Shown here one piece after another: positions 62,390-64,000 of a stretch of DNA of 64,000 nt. The translations under genes and the position numbers were made by a program. Under the pieces are notes generated by a model. It ran no database searches, was not told the origin of the DNA, and saw only the letters and a list, made by a program, of their open reading frames with translations. The stretch is from the NCBI RefSeq assembly GCF_006345805.1, contig NC_043000.1, positions 75,082,001 to 75,146,000 of the forward strand. The letters are read 5' to 3'. Position 1 is the stretch's first letter. Every line of letters starts with the position of its first letter. This stretch comes from Octopus sinensis (lineage: Eukaryota).

Positions 62390-62799
62390 TATATACCTCC
62401 TCCAGGCATTTGATGTAAGCCTCTGTGTTCAGTCTGAGACCATGTGGGAATATGAATGGAAGCATAACATTGCCATTGCTAGTGATCACTCCAAACACCA
62501 TGATGTTGGCTGGATGTTTGATTTTTATCACTCTCGGTACATATTTTGGGGACATGGCAAGTCAGTGATTCTGTGCATTCACCATCTGTTTTTATTGGAG
62601 CGTCCGGCACGAATGCCAACCAGTAAGGCATCTCATTTCCAAATTTCTGGCAGAGTAAATTGTGTCATGGTACTGTTTTTCGCACAGATGGTGCTCAACT
62701 GACCCTAGTATACTGTGTAATTAACAAAATCAAAAACAGACAATGCACATGTGTAAAATTAAAACTATGAAATGGTGACAATTTACCCATCACATCCTG
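62390..62799 (-). mobile_element. Internally deleted Tc1-like element (one TIR plus transposase fragment)
   Basis: KHPANIMVFGVITSNGNVMLPFIFPHGLRLNTEAYIKCLEEV; terminus atggtgacaatttacccatcacatcctg followed by TA. Confidence 0.75.
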
Positions 62800-63105
62800 T
62801 ATATATGCTGAAGAAATGATTAAATGCAAGTTTGTTTTCTCCATACATTTCAGTTGTGTTTATTTTCAAATTTTTAACCTTTGCACTAAATGTTCCAAGT
62901 GCAATTGGTTACTGAACACCACAGTATATCATCAAGACAACACTTTATTGCATTATTTTATATATGTTCAGTAACACTATTAAGTATAGTAGTAACCACA
63001 CCACTGTACTGGAAGCAGATTGGATGCTGATATTATGAATGGATTTTGAAACTCAACAGTAGCAGTTGTGCATCTAACTGTACACACAATATATACATAT
63101 GTGTA

Positions 63106-63140
<35 letters not shown>

Positions 63141-63440
63141 GGAGAATTCACAAAAAAACAAAAGACGAACTCAGGTGGTGTAGACAACAGATGTATTAGT
63201 TTAATGCTCGGGAAGTGAAAAAGTGAAAGAAACGGAGAGAAAATACAGTGTAGTGGCTAGCGATCTATCATGGTGAATGAATGCCGGACAAAAGGGTCAC
63301 ACAGGAGAGCTAGGAAGAAGGGAAGATAATAAAGTAGTGGTGATCCCAAAATGAAGGTGCACGTGCATGTGTATATGAGAGCATATATGGGTGTGTGGAT
63401 GATGGTGTGGGTGCTGGGAAGTAGTCAGTGCTAGTGTGTG
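63141..63440 (-). repeat. Probable PLE pseudo-LTR remnant next to (TA)n
   Basis: Microsatellite-anchored repeat whose style resembles pLTR remnants at 15865-15990 and 20870-21030; no coding evidence. Confidence 0.4.
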
Positions 63441-64000
63441 CATGGTGGTGTGGTGTGGAGGGACAGGTGAGAGTGGGGAAAGCAAGGGTGGGTTGTGGGT
63501 TAGGCTGATATATATATATGTATGTATAATTATTTTCTTGTTAATTAATGATTCCTATTAATATAAATATTCCCCCACTACATGTCTACTATTACATGTC
63601 TTAAAAAAGAAACAAAAATCTCATTGTTTTGGGCGAATGATTCAACCATTATGAAACCAAAGATTTTTTACTGTTGTCTCTGAAGGCAGCTGTGCACCTT
63701 ACCAATCCACCCATCCCACTTTATATGACACATTCACTTGCATTCTTTTATTTATTCTGATCTCCCACCCAAAGAATATTCATCCTAATAATTTCCATGA
63801 CTTTTGTTTCGGGTGAACTTCTACTTAGAAGGAAATTCCATTTATGCATGTATGCATACATTTACACCGAGAAAAATCATTTAACATTGTCTTTACATTT
63901 GGATGTTTATCATTAAAAAATGTTTTGAAACCTAGAATTGTTTCTTCTTTTATTAATTTCAGTCAGTGTGCTATGACCATGCTCAGGCACTGTCTTTGGG

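Overview
AT-rich, repeat-dense animal genomic DNA. The SINE, RTE and Penelope-like repeats look like those of octopus, but this is inferred from pattern recognition only. One host gene is supported: the last exons of a NEK4-like kinase on the + strand (21517-28055), probably with a 14-nt microexon at 20697-20710. The rest is mostly transposons, many nested: RTE, R4/Dong, CR1, L1/Tx1 and NeSL/R2-type LINEs, a gypsy fragment, mariner/Tc1, a hAT-like element, a Helitron and SINEs. The standout is a young Penelope-like element (PLE, 2956-8074) inserted in (TA)n. It has two 1.64-kb inverted arms, each carrying a type I hammerhead ribozyme motif. The coding differences between the arms are mostly synonymous, hinting at two RNA templates. 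An Asn/Ser-rich low-complexity linker replaces the Cys-rich knuckle, and the same linker type recurs in a second, older PLE at 1-600. Also notable are a three-segment LINE insertion inside one 11-bp TSD (twin priming plus a template jump), a GC-rich CR1 that is a horizontal-transfer candidate, and two fold-back structures. No CRISPR array, rRNA or genuine tRNA gene was seen. All alignments were done by eye; no database searches were run.
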